Below are positions 1 through 13,249 of a stretch of 64,000 nucleotides of DNA, piece by piece. The notes beneath the pieces were generated by a model. The model saw only the letters and a list, made by a program, of their open reading frames with translations, was not told where the DNA came from and searched no databases. The stretch lies in the NCBI RefSeq assembly GCF_009914755.1, contig NC_060942.1; one strand, written 5' to 3'. The translations under genes were made by a program, and so were the position numbers. Position 1 is the stretch's first letter. Every line of letters starts with the position of its first letter. The DNA is from the human T2T-CHM13v2.0 reference genome, Homo sapiens.

Positions 1-53
1 GTCATTAAGATTCAACACGTGAATTTTGGTGGGGACACATTCAAACCATGGCA
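1..53 (-). mobile_element. MaLR LTR 5' end (MST/MLT1A-like), cut by window edge
   Basis: Reverse complement reads TGCCATGGTTTGAATGTGTCCCCACCAAAATTCACGTGTTGAA, the typical MST/MLT1A LTR start. Confidence 0.75.
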
Positions 54-470
54 CGTGGCAGGTGGTGAAACTACTTTGTATGATACCATGTCTGTAAATA
101 CATGACATTGCAATTGCCAAAACCCATTGAACTTTAACATATCAGTAATGAAACTTAATGTATCCAATTAAAAATAAACTTAGAAACTGACAGGAATCCT
201 GATATGAAATGCAGAATGTAACAAAAATCTAATTATATAACAAAGCTATAAAACAACGTCACTGAAAAGGATGGCAGAAAGATGTCAACCTAAGAAATTT
301 TGGACATTAATTGTGTCTGTAAAAACCAATGAGGACATAAACTGTGCATAAGAAATGTACATAAGTGGATTAAGTATATCTTATGGTGAAGGGGTTAACA
401 GTGCTGATACTGCTGTACATGTATAGTGAAATAAATTAAGTAAATAGATGACAGATATCCCACTTTCAAT
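54..470 (+). mobile_element. Old L1MC-type 3' UTR fragment
   Basis: GGTGAAACTACTTTGTATGATACC...ATACATGACATTG...AAAACCCATTGAACT resembles L1MC 3' end consensus. Confidence 0.6.
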
Positions 471-489
471 AATAGATATAACAAAGACA

Positions 490-1697
490 GAAGAATAATA
501 AGAAAACAGGACATGAACAACACTATAGACAGACCAAGGGATACTAAGAGGCATATAGAGAACATTTCACCCACCACAGAAGAATGCATAGGAAACACTC
601 TCCACGACAGATCATGTGTTAGGTCATAATACAAGTTTTAAGACATTTGAGAAAATTAAAATGAATATATATGAAATATATTTTCTGGCCACCAAATGCA
701 ATAAACTAGGGCCAGGAAAAAAAAGCACCTAGAATAGAAAATTCAAAAATATATGAAAATGAAGCAATACACTCTTGAACAACCGATGGGTCAAAAAAGA
801 AATCAAAAGGGAAATTGGAAAGTATCTTCAGACAAACTAAAACCTAAATACAACATAGCGAATGTATGGATGTACCAAAAGCAGTACTGAGGGAAATGTA
901 AATATAAATTGTAATATAAATGTAATATAATGTAACTATAAATGTAAATATAATTGTAGTATAAATATAAATTGCCCAAATTACAAAAGAATAAAGATCT
1001 CAACTGAAAAGAAAATCTAATATTATAACTCAAGGAATTAGAAAAAGAACACAAAACTAAGCTGAAAGTTAGCCAAACAAGGGAAATAATAGAGAAATAC
1101 ATGAGACTGAAAAACACTAGAAAAAAAAGATGTTTTAAAAAAATAAACCAAATAGACAAATATTTAGCTAGCCTTAATAATACAAAAAAGAAGACTAAAA
1201 TAAATAAAATCATAAATGAAAGAGGAGATATTACAATTTATGCCACAGAAATTAAGGGAACACAAGAGACTATTATGAACAATTATATGCTGACAAGCTG
1301 GATAACCTAGAAAAAAATAAATAAATTTCTACAAACATACAACCTACCAGGACTGAGTCATGAAGAAATAGAATGTCTAAGCAAACTTATAATTAGCATA
1401 AAGATCAGTATTCAAACTTCCTAAAGGAGGTAAGCCCGGGGTCAGATGACCTCCCTGGTGAATTTTACCAAACATTTAAAGAATTAACACCAATTATTTC
1501 AACATCTTCCAGAAAACTGGAAAGGAGGGAATATTTCCAAATTCACTTTATAAGGCCAGCATTACTCTGATACAAAAGATTGACACTACAAAAACAGAAA
1601 ACTACAGGACAGTGTTCCTGATGAACATAGATACAAAAATATTCAACAAAACGCTAACTAACCAGATTGAAAAGCACATTAAAAGAATCACATATCT
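490..1697 (+). mobile_element. Degenerate L1M ORF2 fragment (endonuclease C-terminus to start of RT)
   Basis: A-rich. AAGCCCGGGGTCAGATGACCTCCCTGGTGAATTTTACCAAACATTTAAAGAA matches the KSPGPDGFTGEFYQTFKE motif; multiple stops and frameshifts. Confidence 0.9.
893..974. repeat. AT-rich degenerate tandem repeat (TATAAATGTAA-like units) inside L1 ORF2
   Basis: aaatgtaaatataaattgtaatataaatgtaatataatgtaactataaatgtaaatataattgtagtataaatataaattg. Confidence 0.75.
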
Positions 1698-2590
1698 GGT
1701 AGGCTAACAAAACAGATAAGGCCTTAGCTGTCTATCTTTCTGTCAGCTTGGGTTTATTTCCTTTTTTTCCTATATTTTGCCCTGTTATCTGTTCATTACC
1801 TCTTTTAATATATTCACCTCAATATTCAAGTGCCAAAAAAATCACAAATGTTTGTAAGTCACTTGTTACACCTAGGATCATTTAATTATTCCAAATGGCC
1901 TACAATATGAAGTCTGTGTTCCTCAGCATCATATTCCATGGATTTTCAGATCAGATCTCAGATTTCTGTTTAATCTTAGATGCATCTCACCTTATGTCCC
2001 TCACAAGCTCAGGAATAGCAAATGTGTTCATTTATTGATGTGCTATAGTCTTTCCTACAAGTCATGAACTTGGAAATACTGTTGTCTTAATGATTTAACT
2101 CTGCTATCTAGATACATGTGATACATATTATGCTTTCTCTCGCTAATCTAACTTTATTGAAGGGATCATTGCATTGTTATTCTTTGTTTTTTAAACATCT
2201 TTGAACAAAGTTATGAACACCTTTTGGAGAAAGACATAAAGTTTTTCAGTTTCTGGGACATAAAAATACTCAATAAGAATACATCTAATTAAATTCCATT
2301 TAATTCGTTTGTGCAGTTTGCTTTCTCTCCACTTACATTAGATAAAAAAACTCAAAATTTTATAGTATTTTTAATTTGCTTCTTTTTCTGTTTTAACATA
2401 GTTTGGCATATTTTTGAAAAATATTTATGCATCTCAAATAACTTCTTAACTATTTTTAGTTTAGGTCATTATTTATTTATTTATTTTGATTTTGACTATA
2501 TTGAATTTTACTGTCCTTTCAAATTCAAGTTGTTTGTAAATTTTGTTTTCCAGAGTGTCTTTAAAATTACTTTTAAACAAATTTAATGAA

Positions 2591-3004
<414 letters not shown>

Positions 3005-3825
3005 AAATTTATGTTTTTTATATAATTGAGATAAGTTATTCTTTGAGAGACTTAAATATTGTCATAGTACATGTCTTTTATAAAAAAAGTCTGTGACAAT
3101 ATGAACATGCTCTAGATATTTGTTAATTCTTATAATATCTAAATCATATGGTTGCTCCTTTTTTAGAACTCTCATTTTGTCAACTAAATGGTTCTGCTTG
3201 ATCATAATTGCAGGTGTTTTCCACCCACAATCTTAAGCATTTTAAGAACTACTCAACACAAAGGAGTATAATAACGATTTACCTTAATTTTAATTTGGTA
3301 GTTATACTCTTCATATTTTTTATTCAACTTTTCCATTTCCACTATATAAATTCAGCTGAATTTTAAATAGATTGTTAGAAATAATTTGACTACTTCCAGC
3401 CAACAAAAATGTGAATTTTAATCTCATTGAGTAGTTAAAGGAACTATTTGTACATCCAATTAATGTTATTTTTATAGCTTGAGACCAGCTGTCCACTGAC
3501 AAATCAATAACAGAAAATTTAAGTAATTACTTAGATATTTTAGGGAAAATAAAATGCTTCAGCAACAATGACAAACATTTTGTGTAAATTGTCTTTTTTT
3601 TCCTTTTTCATGGAGATACGGATACTTGTTTTTCAGAACACATTCTGAACACTTTTGTTGTCTTGTTAGTCCAGTAAAATAAATTTTCTTTTTTTTGTAC
3701 TTTTTGACTCATAATAAAAGTATTTATATTAATATAGAGAGCCCATTAGACAAGGGCATGGATGTTGAAACTTATTTAGCAATTCAGATTCAACTATAAA
3801 ACAAATACTAAAACACAATACAGCA

Positions 3826-4612
3826 AATTGGAATGCAAAATGTTACAGCCACATTGGGAGATAGTTTGCCATCTTCCTTGCAAAACTAATAATTACCATA
3901 CCACCCAGCAATTGCACCCTTTGGTATTTACCCAAAGAAGTTGAAAGCTTATGTCCACACAAAAATCTGCACATGAATGTTTTAGCAACTTTATTCATGA
4001 ATTCCAAAACATGGAAGGATCCAACATGTCCTCTAGTAGATGAATGGATAAACTGTGGTGTATCCTTCTGGACAATGACATATTATTTAGGACTAAAAAC
4101 AAATGAGCTATCAAGCCTTGAAAAGACATGAAGGAAACTTAGCTGTATATTATTTAGTGGAAGAAGTCAATCTGAAAAGACCACACACTGTATGATTCCA
4201 GTCATTTGACATTCTAGAAAAGGAAAAACTATGGAGACAGTAAAAAGGGCGGTGGCTGCCAGGGCTTGGGGAAGGGAGGAATGAAGAGGCGAGGCACAGA
4301 GGATTTTTAGGGCAGAAACACTACTCTGTATGGTACTAAAATGTGGATGCATGCCATTACGCATTCGTCAAAACCCTTAGAATGTACACCAAGAATAAAC
4401 CCTAATGTAAACTATAGGCTTTGAGTGCAGGCTCACTAATTGTAAGGAGTATAGCACTCTGGTGGGGGATGTTGAGAACTGGGGAGGCTGGGGAAGCAGA
4501 AGACACATGGGAAAGCTCCGTCCTTTCTACTAAATTTTTCTAAAGAATGTCTCTGTACTCTTCACTCAATTTGGCCGTGAATCTAAAATGCTCTAAAAAA
4601 TATAGTCTTAAA
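3826..4612 (+). mobile_element. L1MC1-like 3' end
   Basis: GAGCTATCAAGCC..GAAAAGACATG, AAAACTATGGAGACAGTAAAAAG, CACAGAGGATTTTTAGGGCAG, CCTAATGTAAACTAT match L1MC1 3' UTR. Confidence 0.85.
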
Positions 4613-7600
4613 AATACATTATGTGCACATCCAGCACCCAAAATATCTCCTCCATGTCTTACCCACACTGTGTAAATATCATTGTCCTACTTACTGTATC
4701 AGTCCTACTTAAAGAAAATCTTTAAGCCCTTGGAATATTCTGGTATGTCTTGGAAAGGTGTATGTTTATTATCTGGCATTCAGGTAACTCACTGAGAAAT
4801 AATGCCTATGAAAATGCAACTGAGGAGTAATGAGGTAAAAGGATAGCAAAATAATTTTGCCCCACTGTCGCATATTATATTAAATATCAATTAAAATAAC
4901 TTTTTAATTTATCATTCACAATATAATTATATATGGGTATATAATTTTATAAGAACACTAAAACATTAAGCATTATGTTTGTACTAAATGCAAGGTTTCC
5001 TGATAATATATGCATTTTATAATAGACAATGGCTTAAAATATTAATTCTGAAAAACTATATGATCATTTCGTCTATAAAACTTAAGCGTTGCAGAATAAA
5101 AGAAAATATAAAAACTTCACAGAAGCAAGCTTTTCAAAATAACCATCATTTATATGTGCTAAAATTATTCACATATATATCTATTTATAAAAAATACAGT
5201 TAGAAATTTAATTTTTATCAAAAATCACATTACCATCTATTCATAATCATCTTTCTCAGCCCTTTATTCTTTTTCAGTTTTACTATCTCTCTCTCTTAAT
5301 TGATACAGCTTCAAAGAGATTCTTCAGATTTGTTAGGAAATCTCTTCTCCCTTCCTTTTTTTCATCTCAGGAATATATTGGCCATTTTTTATTCTTTGCT
5401 TATATTTTTTGAAATTTCACTATAAAAATTTATTTTTTATTTAATCTATCACTTATATGATATCTGCATAATACCGTGCACTTAAATAGAATAGTTTTTA
5501 TTAATTTCAGGTTTTTTTCCTTTGAAAGAGAGGGCAATTTCGGGTATCTAGTCTGACATATTATATTTCCAGGTATGGAAGCTTGCATTCATTCATTTTT
5601 TCCACCCCTCCCCATGTCATATTCATTTCAATATCTCTATACATTTTAAATCCTAAAGCATCACTCTTTTTCCAATAATTTACCCACATATGATAGAACT
5701 ACAAGTCAATATTGTATCAAATCAGAATTTAATTAACCATAGCTGTTGATAAAATGGAACAAAATTAATACATCATTATTTAATAAATAGCTCCTGAGTA
5801 ACTATTGAAAGAAACAATTATCACATAATGGGATAGGACTTTGAGACACTTTACACAGACTGATGTCTCAAATATATTGCTGTTATCGTTTATATGCTGT
5901 GTGATTTCTTTTTGTATATAATCTTTAATTGAAATTCTGCAAAATATTTGTATTTTTGAAAATCTCAGTTGAACTTTCAATGATGTTTCTTTTATAATAG
6001 AATGTATTATTTTCTGAAAAATCATTTATTTTCAGCAGTACGTTTTCAGTTTATTATTTATGTTCCTAGGTGTACATTGATGATTTCTCACCTTCTTTTA
6101 CACTTGCTTACATGATATTGCACCTCCAAACCCATTTGTCACATAGATGTATCATTTTTCCTTCCTAATTTTATTCAATTTTTTTCTTACCTTTTAAATA
6201 GAGACTACTACATAGACTAAAGTGAAGAATTTCCTGGCTGAAAGCAAATGTGAGTTCAAGGACTACAATTCACAACCTCATGTCAGAAAACCAGTGAACA
6301 CGCATATGAATTGTTGTTATTTATTGTCTAAAAACATTCCTTGACTTGAAGTTAGCTTTACATTAGTTCTTTTCACCCACTACATTTTTTTGTGTGTGGA
6401 GTATATTTATCACATAAAAGCAGATAGCTTTGCTAAAAAAGTTCTAGGCTAAAGATTTTGTAGAAAATATACATTGCGTAGCAATTAATTCTGAGTCTCA
6501 GATTGGGAAAAATAAAATTCCACATATTTGGTTATAATTAAATTAGTTTTACAATAGGATGTGTAGAAAAATATGAAACAACACTTGGAACATTCTCTTT
6601 GACAGGGCATAATGTTTTCTGAAACAAAATGGTTCCATTTGCTTACTCTCCAATAAAAAAAATTAATTCATATAAAACCTTTTTGCTTAAAATAAATAAT
6701 CAGATATGTATGTCGAAATACAGTACAATTTTCTCCCTTAATAACTCTCGGTAAAGTAAGTGTCTTAGTTCTGTGACACTGGCTATGGATCATGTAATCA
6801 ATGCTTACATGTTCTGGGAAAGGGAAGCTTATCAGATTACTTACTGTTTCAGTGTGGCATATATCCTATAAAAATTATTGATTTCTGATTATTCATAACA
6901 CATTAGTTCCTTCCTGATGCCTCTTTTGTTGTTAAATTATTTTTATCTGAACTAATTCAACATATTTGTTGCGCCTAGGTTCTTGAACAGCGAGGCATGC
7001 TTTTACAAATCTGAAGCTCAGATAAATTGCTATTGTGTCCATCTCACTTCTTTTATGCTCAGAAAATCTCCTACCTTCTCTTATTGTGCCCACTTGTGCA
7101 TATTTGGCATTTAAAAAAATTATTGTCTATGCCTAGTTTCCTTTGTGGTAAATGTTTGGTTGAGCAGGTTTTTTCTTTTTATGATCTCTAAGCCCACTTT
7201 TCCCCAAGACTCTTCTAAGTTTCATGTGGGTCCTGTACCCACTGCCATTCCAAAGCCCATCCAGAGCCTGCCGCTGACTCCTATGTCAATACTCAAGCCA
7301 ATTTTCTTACTAACACCAGAAACAACGCAGAATATGATTTTAAAGGTATTGATTTTGATTTTGAAGGACAAGTTTTGTGTAATAGTAAGAGTACTAATGT
7401 TTAAAGACCTTAGACATAACAATATTTGAGGAGGAGCTATTTGGTATATTTATACTGATATCCTAGGGAAAAAAATTGAAAATAATTTACTCTTCTGTTC
7501 AGAGACCTTAGCACAATTTTTGAAAGCTTGTAGGAAAGTAACCCAATCAAATATCAATTTTTTTTTTTTTTTTTTTTTACCAAATGTATCATAACTGTTT

Positions 7601-7978
7601 CAGGGAGAAAAGTTGAATTTTAGATATGTGACAAGAGTAGGAAAGAATAAGAAAAAATAATACAAAAAACAGAAGAGTAAAGCAATCATTGACCAATTAA
7701 ATATACTTGGATGAAATTCTTTGGTTTACGGATGAGGATATAAAATTTTATTCGATTTTATGATAACACAAATCATTCAAATCGATTAACCCTTTATTTA
7801 TGGGTTGAACTCAGGATGGTCAAATACACACCCACATGTTAAACTGCTTTGCTAAACAAAAATGCTCAATAGAATTGCTAGAATTGAGCTCCCCAGCGTC
7901 CAGTCACCATTATGATGAGATACATTCGACAACTAACAAAGACTAAGAGAAGAACGCTTTCCTCCTTTTCAATCTTGC

Positions 7979-8596
7979 TGATACAGGAGCTAGAAAGGAA
8001 TTATTTAGGCAGATAGTTTGAGTAAAAGACTCCTCAGCAAGGTTTCCCTTTTAACAAAAAGCAGCCACCAAATCATTTCTTTTCTAAAAAAGAGCAGCCT
8101 GTAAAATCGAGCTGCAGAAGTAGATAAGCAAGTTGGAAGCTTGCATGGGTGAATGCCAGCAGCTGTGCCAGTAGGAAAAGTCTACCTGGGGGGCCAGTTA
8201 TGTTCAAGATGGAGGCTCCATTCTTTCCTTTTCTTGGTCACCATGCGTGCAACAAGGGAAGAGGCAACATGGTGCGGGCCAGGTAGAGAACACATCAGCA
8301 TAATAAAAGATTAGGGTGGGATGGCATGCTATGTAAATGGCACACCTGGTCCAACCAATCTTTTGGGCCCTATGTAAATCAGACACCACCTCCTCAAGTT
8401 CATCTATAAAACCAACCATATCTCTCCACAAATGGGGAGATCTGTTCGGAACCCCTTCCCTCTGGACAAGGGAGCTTCTCTCTTCGCCTATTAAACTTCT
8501 GCTGTTAAACTCACTCCTTGTGTATCTGCGTCCTTGATTTCCTTGGTATGAGGCAATGAACCTCAGGTATTACCCCAGACAAATGACTTGACTTCA
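7979..8596 (+). mobile_element. ERV1 (MER4-group) solo LTR, MER50-like
   Basis: TG...CA termini with perfect 4-bp TSD TTGC (7975-7978, 8597-8600); TATAAAA near 8405 and ATTAAA near 8490. Confidence 0.85.
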
Positions 8597-8871
8597 TTGC
8601 CAACCTTTATTTTCTCTCTCTCTCTTCAATTTTGCCTTTAAGCCCTTAATTTCATCTGAAGAGAATGCATTTAACTGCTTTATTTTGGAATATATTTTAG
8701 AATATGTTATTAAGGGAGTACCCTCCATACATAATATCTTCCTCATATAATAAATATTTTATTATGCTTGAGGTAAAACATTTGCTTTACCTCAAAACAC
8801 ATAAAGATTTAATTAGAACATTTGGACCAAGATTAGGCAACTCACGATGAATATCTACTGACAAGGAAGGG

Positions 8872-9123
8872 TGATGTTTCCCTGAAACTTAACTAAACTT
8901 TAGACAAACTTCTTCCTGCCTCTAGACCTCTGACCTCCCCTCACCACCCCTCATAGTATAGAGCTGTTCTAGCCACAGAAGCCTCTCCCTTTCTTAGAGC
9001 ATTTAATGTAGAAAACTTTTATCTGTGATTTTTTTCTAGGTTATTTTGAGATGTAAGTTTTTTAAAGCCTCATGTTATTCTCACAACTCAGGAATGTGTT
9101 TCTCAAAGACCTGAGAACCATCC
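8872..9123 (+). mobile_element. ERV1 LTR fragment, MER31-like
   Basis: CTAAACTTTAGACA..CTTCTTCCTG, CTTAGAGCATTTA..TAGAAAACTT, GGAATGTGTTTCTCAAAGACCTG match MER31-type LTR. Confidence 0.65.
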
Positions 9124-9331
9124 TGATCTGGTTAGGCTTTGTGTTCCCAGTGAAATCTTATCTTAAATTGTAATCCCCATAGTCCTCAAGGGAGAGACCA
9201 GATGTACGGAACTGAATCATGGGGGGTGGTTCCCCCATGCTGTTTCATGATAGTGAGTGAATTCTCATGAGATCTGAAGGCTTTATAAGGGACTTCCCCC
9301 TTAACTCAGGAGTTCTCCTTCCTGCTGCCCT
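9124..9331 (+). mobile_element. THE1D/MSTA-like MaLR LTR, 5' half only
   Basis: TGATCTGGTTAGGCTTTGTGTTCCC...CAAGGGAGAGACCAG...GTGAGTGAATTCTCATGAGATCTGA. Confidence 0.85.
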
Positions 9332-9732
9332 AGGTAGAGCCATTGGTGTCATACATGCAAAAAACCTGAAAATATATCTCAAAAGCCCAAAGTACAATGG
9401 TGATGTTATCTGCAGGAGTAATTGGGGAAGTTGCATATCTGGTGTCCTGTAGAATAATGCTTGGAAATCCATACCTTAGCAGAATTCAGACTCCTTTCCT
9501 CTTCCTTAGCCTGGTGGTCTCTTATTAGGTTTACCAAGGTGTTTACATTTTTGGGGAAGGCCTTTTATCAGATAAAACTATACATTAAATATCTTCCAAA
9601 TTTAGCTTGGCCTAAGCTCAGGAATAATTAAAGGCAGCTCGAAGGCTAAAGCAAGAGGGGGAGATGGCTAGATCAGATCTCCCCCACTACCATAATATTC
9701 TCACTGATACAATTTTTGCTAAGGCAGTTTCA
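9332..9732 (-). mobile_element. LTR8-family (LTR8B-like) ERV1 LTR, 5' part
   Basis: Reverse complement begins TGAAACTGCCTTAGCAAAAATTGTATCAGTGAGAATATTATGGTAGTGGGGGAGATCTGATCTAGCC. Confidence 0.8.
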
Positions 9733-9739
9733 CTTCTTC

Positions 9740-10190
9740 TACTCTTATCTGGAATGATGCATGTGCTTCTGGGCAGCTACCTATTGGCAGGGCAGCTGTA
9801 ATGATGGGACTAGGTTCTCTCACACAGTTCAGTTGTGTGGGGTTGGTTTGCAGTCAGCTAGTGTGGAATAGTGATGTCTTATCTGTTTTCCATGTACTCT
9901 CACACTCTCACTTCCCCAGTTAAGCAGTCTAGTCCAGACAAGTTCTGTAGCTTGTCCAAAGATGTTGTTCCTCACATGCAGAGAAGCAAGAATGAGTAAT
10001 TCATCACATGCTCATGTGAAAGGGGCAAGAAAAACATGAATGACTGTTTTTAAACCTTGTGTTTAAATGAGTTGTAAGTATTGCTTTGGTCAAAGCAACT
10101 TTAATGGCAATCACAAAGTCAGAATGTAGTAGACTACAAAGTTACGGGGAAAAAGTCATGGAAATAAGAAAGCCATCAATTATCAATTGA
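9740..10190 (-). mobile_element. Old MLT1-type MaLR LTR (degenerate)
   Basis: TTGGTCAAAGCAAC...CAAAGTCAGA...ACTACAAAGTTAC..AAAAAGTCATGGA resembles antisense MLT1F/H. Confidence 0.5.
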
Positions 10191-10199
10191 CCATGTAAT

Positions 10200-11059
10200 T
10201 GATTATTCTTCTAACATCTTAATCATTCAGTTTCTTGAATTGCTCTCTTTCAATGAGTTTACCTTCAGCCTACTTCTGGTAACTACAGTGAAGATAATAT
10301 CATAGATCATCTCATAACAAATAAGGACAATTTATCCATAATCATAATTTCATGCATTCCAGTTCTCCTGTGCCAATACCCAAATTCCAAGATTTTTTTA
10401 ATCCCACTGGAACCGTCAATCCTGTTAACATATCACTGTCTCATCCCCACTAATGTGTTCATCCCTATTCTTACCCTGCTTAAATTCTCTGGTCAGGTAT
10501 TATAATCACTTCCTTACATATGAGCTTTACTTTTACATCTCCCTCTCTCTTTTTGCTCTTTCTTTGTGTTTGATAAAAATTTCCATCCTGGTTAAATCAA
10601 TCTCTCTGTCTAATATATACTAACACTCATGCAACTGAATGTGGCTGGAAAAATATATAAGCACATTGATTGATTTGATTTTTAATTTATATGAACAAAA
10701 ATCAAGAGGTCACTTAATGCTGCCAGTCATATTATGTTTCCTTAGTTCATTTACAATAATACTGTCCTCAAATCTAAGGCAGACATGTTTCTATCACACT
10801 CCGTGTACTCATCAATCCTTTATACAATTATCCCCTATTCTCCAACCTCACTTGAGAGTAATCATATCTTAATTTAATCCATATACTTAAAATTATATTG
10901 ATTCTTATTTTTCTCACTTAGTTTACATCCAGTTTATTAGAACATACTATGTGCTCCACAGGAAAATATATCCTTATGTTGATCATTTGTCACTTACACT
11001 GTTATCCTGGTCTGAGGTGTCATTATCCCTCACCTGGATGACTGTACTTCCCTGCTAAC

Positions 11060-11113
<54 letters not shown>

Positions 11114-11165
11114 ATCTATCTATATCATCCTTGTTCTTCTACAATCTGTTCTCTCACAAAAGCCC
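10200..11165 (+). mobile_element. L2 LINE fragments (ORF2 and 3' region)
   Basis: TATAATCACTTCCTT, CCTGGTTAAATC, GCAACTGAATGTGGCTGGAAAAA, CCCTCACCTGGATGACTG are characteristic L2 motifs. Confidence 0.75.
11062..11113. repeat. (TATC)13 tetranucleotide STR
   Basis: 13 perfect TATC units followed by ATCTATCTATATC. Confidence 0.98.
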
Positions 11166-11179
11166 ACTAAAGTTAAGGT

Positions 11180-11560
11180 GTTCCTTTGTATCCAAATATT
11201 CACTATTGACCTCTGTAAAAGGATTATATTTCCTATTCCATTGGCAAGACATTGAACCCAGGGATTTGCTTTGGTTAATAAACTGTGAGAATTGAACTAT
11301 GCCCCACCCAAGAAGTTTTATGAGGCAGATGATAGTTCAGCTAGTCCTTCGTTCATTCCGCTGGGAGATTAGCAAACTTCAGGTAACTATTACCTCCTCA
11401 TCCTGGGCCACGGAGAGACTAAAATAGACAGGAGGGTGAGAGCTGACCTGAAAAGGACACGTGACAGGAGTGAAGGAAACTTCTTTGTTAGTGCAAGCCA
11501 GTGAGAGTTTAGTGTTGCTATACCACTGGCAGCAAAATCCAATAAAATCAGACTAATATA
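11180..11560 (+). mobile_element. MLT1 (I/J-like) 5' LTR of old MaLR provirus
   Basis: Ends CAAGCCAGTGAGAGTT...GCAGCAAAATCC...GACTAATATA, like the MLT1 LTR end GACTAATACA. Confidence 0.7.
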
Positions 11561-12807
11561 GAAACTCATACATTGAAGTGGAATGCTGCCACAAAAAAGA
11601 ACCAACATTTTGCAGCATCAGCTCAGGAGGTGGGGTGTAGGCAGGCAAGAAAACGTGATCAAGTCTGTGAAGACAGTATCTTAGTGAAGGGTTTAGTAAA
11701 ACTGACACAAAGGATAACCTGGATGCCAGAAAATGTTCTTAATGAGCCTTTGGTTCTAGGTGAAGAGGTTTAGAAACAGAATGCTATTAATGTATCTTTG
11801 TTATTTTTGTCTTCATTTGACAGGAAATTACATGAGCTAAAAAATGATCGTCTGGTTTGTAAGCAAAGTAAAAAGATTCATTTGCTTCTCAACTTAATAG
11901 TTGAAAGAGAAAATTGAAAACCACTATAAGATACAATAATTGGTTAACACTTATCCCTATGATAAGAACTTTGTTCAAACATTAGAATGTATTAAGCTGA
12001 AACCCATTAAATCTTTTCAATAACTTGAGGAAAATAAAGAGAAGATGTTGGATGCAGCTCTCCCAAGAAATTGTAATGAGCTCAAGGCAATTAAATCTAG
12101 AAGGAGATGAATGTCTTATAAGGAATTGTAAGCGTGGAGACTCACACATAAAACAGACTGTAACAAAATAGAAAAAAAGAGTAAGATTCAAAAGATTTAA
12201 CTTCTGAAAGAACAGAGACCAGATTAAAAGACACTGTGACAGTTATTTAGCATGAACTTTGGCACATCCACTTTATACAGGCAGAGCATGTGGCCAAAAT
12301 TTCCTGCTTAGCTTCCACAGAGAGCACACTCTCAATACACTCTTCAGGTGTGGATGAATACATACGAGGAGAAAGATGGACCTTTCCCAAATGTGGATCC
12401 AAGCCCTATGGAGAAGAGACATCTATGAAACTGTGTATAAGAAGAAAACCAAAGTCTCAGCCAGGAACATTTCCTACCACCCCAGTAAGTGGATTCCACC
12501 AAATGCTGCCCAACACGCTTCTACTCTTTGCCAGGGACTGTTGTTTACCTTTGTTCTCCCCCTTTCTTGATGGGAGTGTTTAAAGCAGTTGTCCTGTTAT
12601 GTCCTCACTGTTGGTTATACGAGGAACAAGCACTTTAATGTTTTATTCATTATTTTCTGTTCATAAACGTTCAAGTGTGATATTTGGACATCATATAGAA
12701 ACTATTGTGAGACCCTGTGGTTAGGAGTTTAAGGATATTCTTTTTGGAAATGAGGGAATGTGTTTTGCGTAGAGATGAGAGAGATAATTGTGAACAAGAG
12801 GATAAAC
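11561..12807 (+). mobile_element. MLT1 internal (MaLR-int) region
   Basis: GAAACTCATACATTGAAGTGGAATGCTGCC matches MLT1-int start; TTCTAGGTGAAGAGGTTTAGAAACAGAATG; purine-rich tract before the second LTR. Confidence 0.7.
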
Positions 12808-13050
12808 TCTGCTAAATTATATTATCATTCTCAGTTCTTTACTACTGCTCCATATAAAAGACTTATACTGTCTGTCCCATGGATACCATGCTTGTTTCGG
12901 CCAGTGGAATGTTAATAGAAATAGCATATGTCCCATCTAAACAAAGTTTTTAAAAACCGTTGCAACTTTCCTACTGCTGTTTGGGCAATAACAATTACAA
13001 ATCCTAGGCAGGGGCTCCTTCTTCAGTCCAGGTCCCAGAAGGTACAATGA
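12808..13050 (+). mobile_element. MLT1 3' LTR (truncated)
   Basis: CTTGTTTCGGCCAGTGGAATGT and CTCCTTCTTCAGTCCAGGTCCCAGA parallel the 5' LTR. Confidence 0.6.
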
Positions 13051-13082
13051 ATTATTGTGAGTTATCATTTTCATAGATAAGT

Positions 13083-13087
<5 letters not shown>

Positions 13088-13121
<34 letters not shown>

Positions 13122-13132
13122 TGAGAGAGAGA
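13088..13132. repeat. (TG)16 plus (GA)5 compound microsatellite
   Basis: Direct reading. Confidence 0.95.
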
Positions 13133-13249
13133 ATGTCAGTGAATCAGTGGTTGAAATGAATAGCTGTAAGCCTCGATATCTAAATAAAAAAAGATAAGCC
13201 AGTTAGTAGGATGAATTACCAATGAAGATGGTAATTACCTTGATAGTAA

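Noticed and set aside
395-1310. Hydrophobic ORFs resembling membrane proteins
   Set aside because: Antisense reading of A-rich L1 gives Phe/Leu/Ile-rich artefacts
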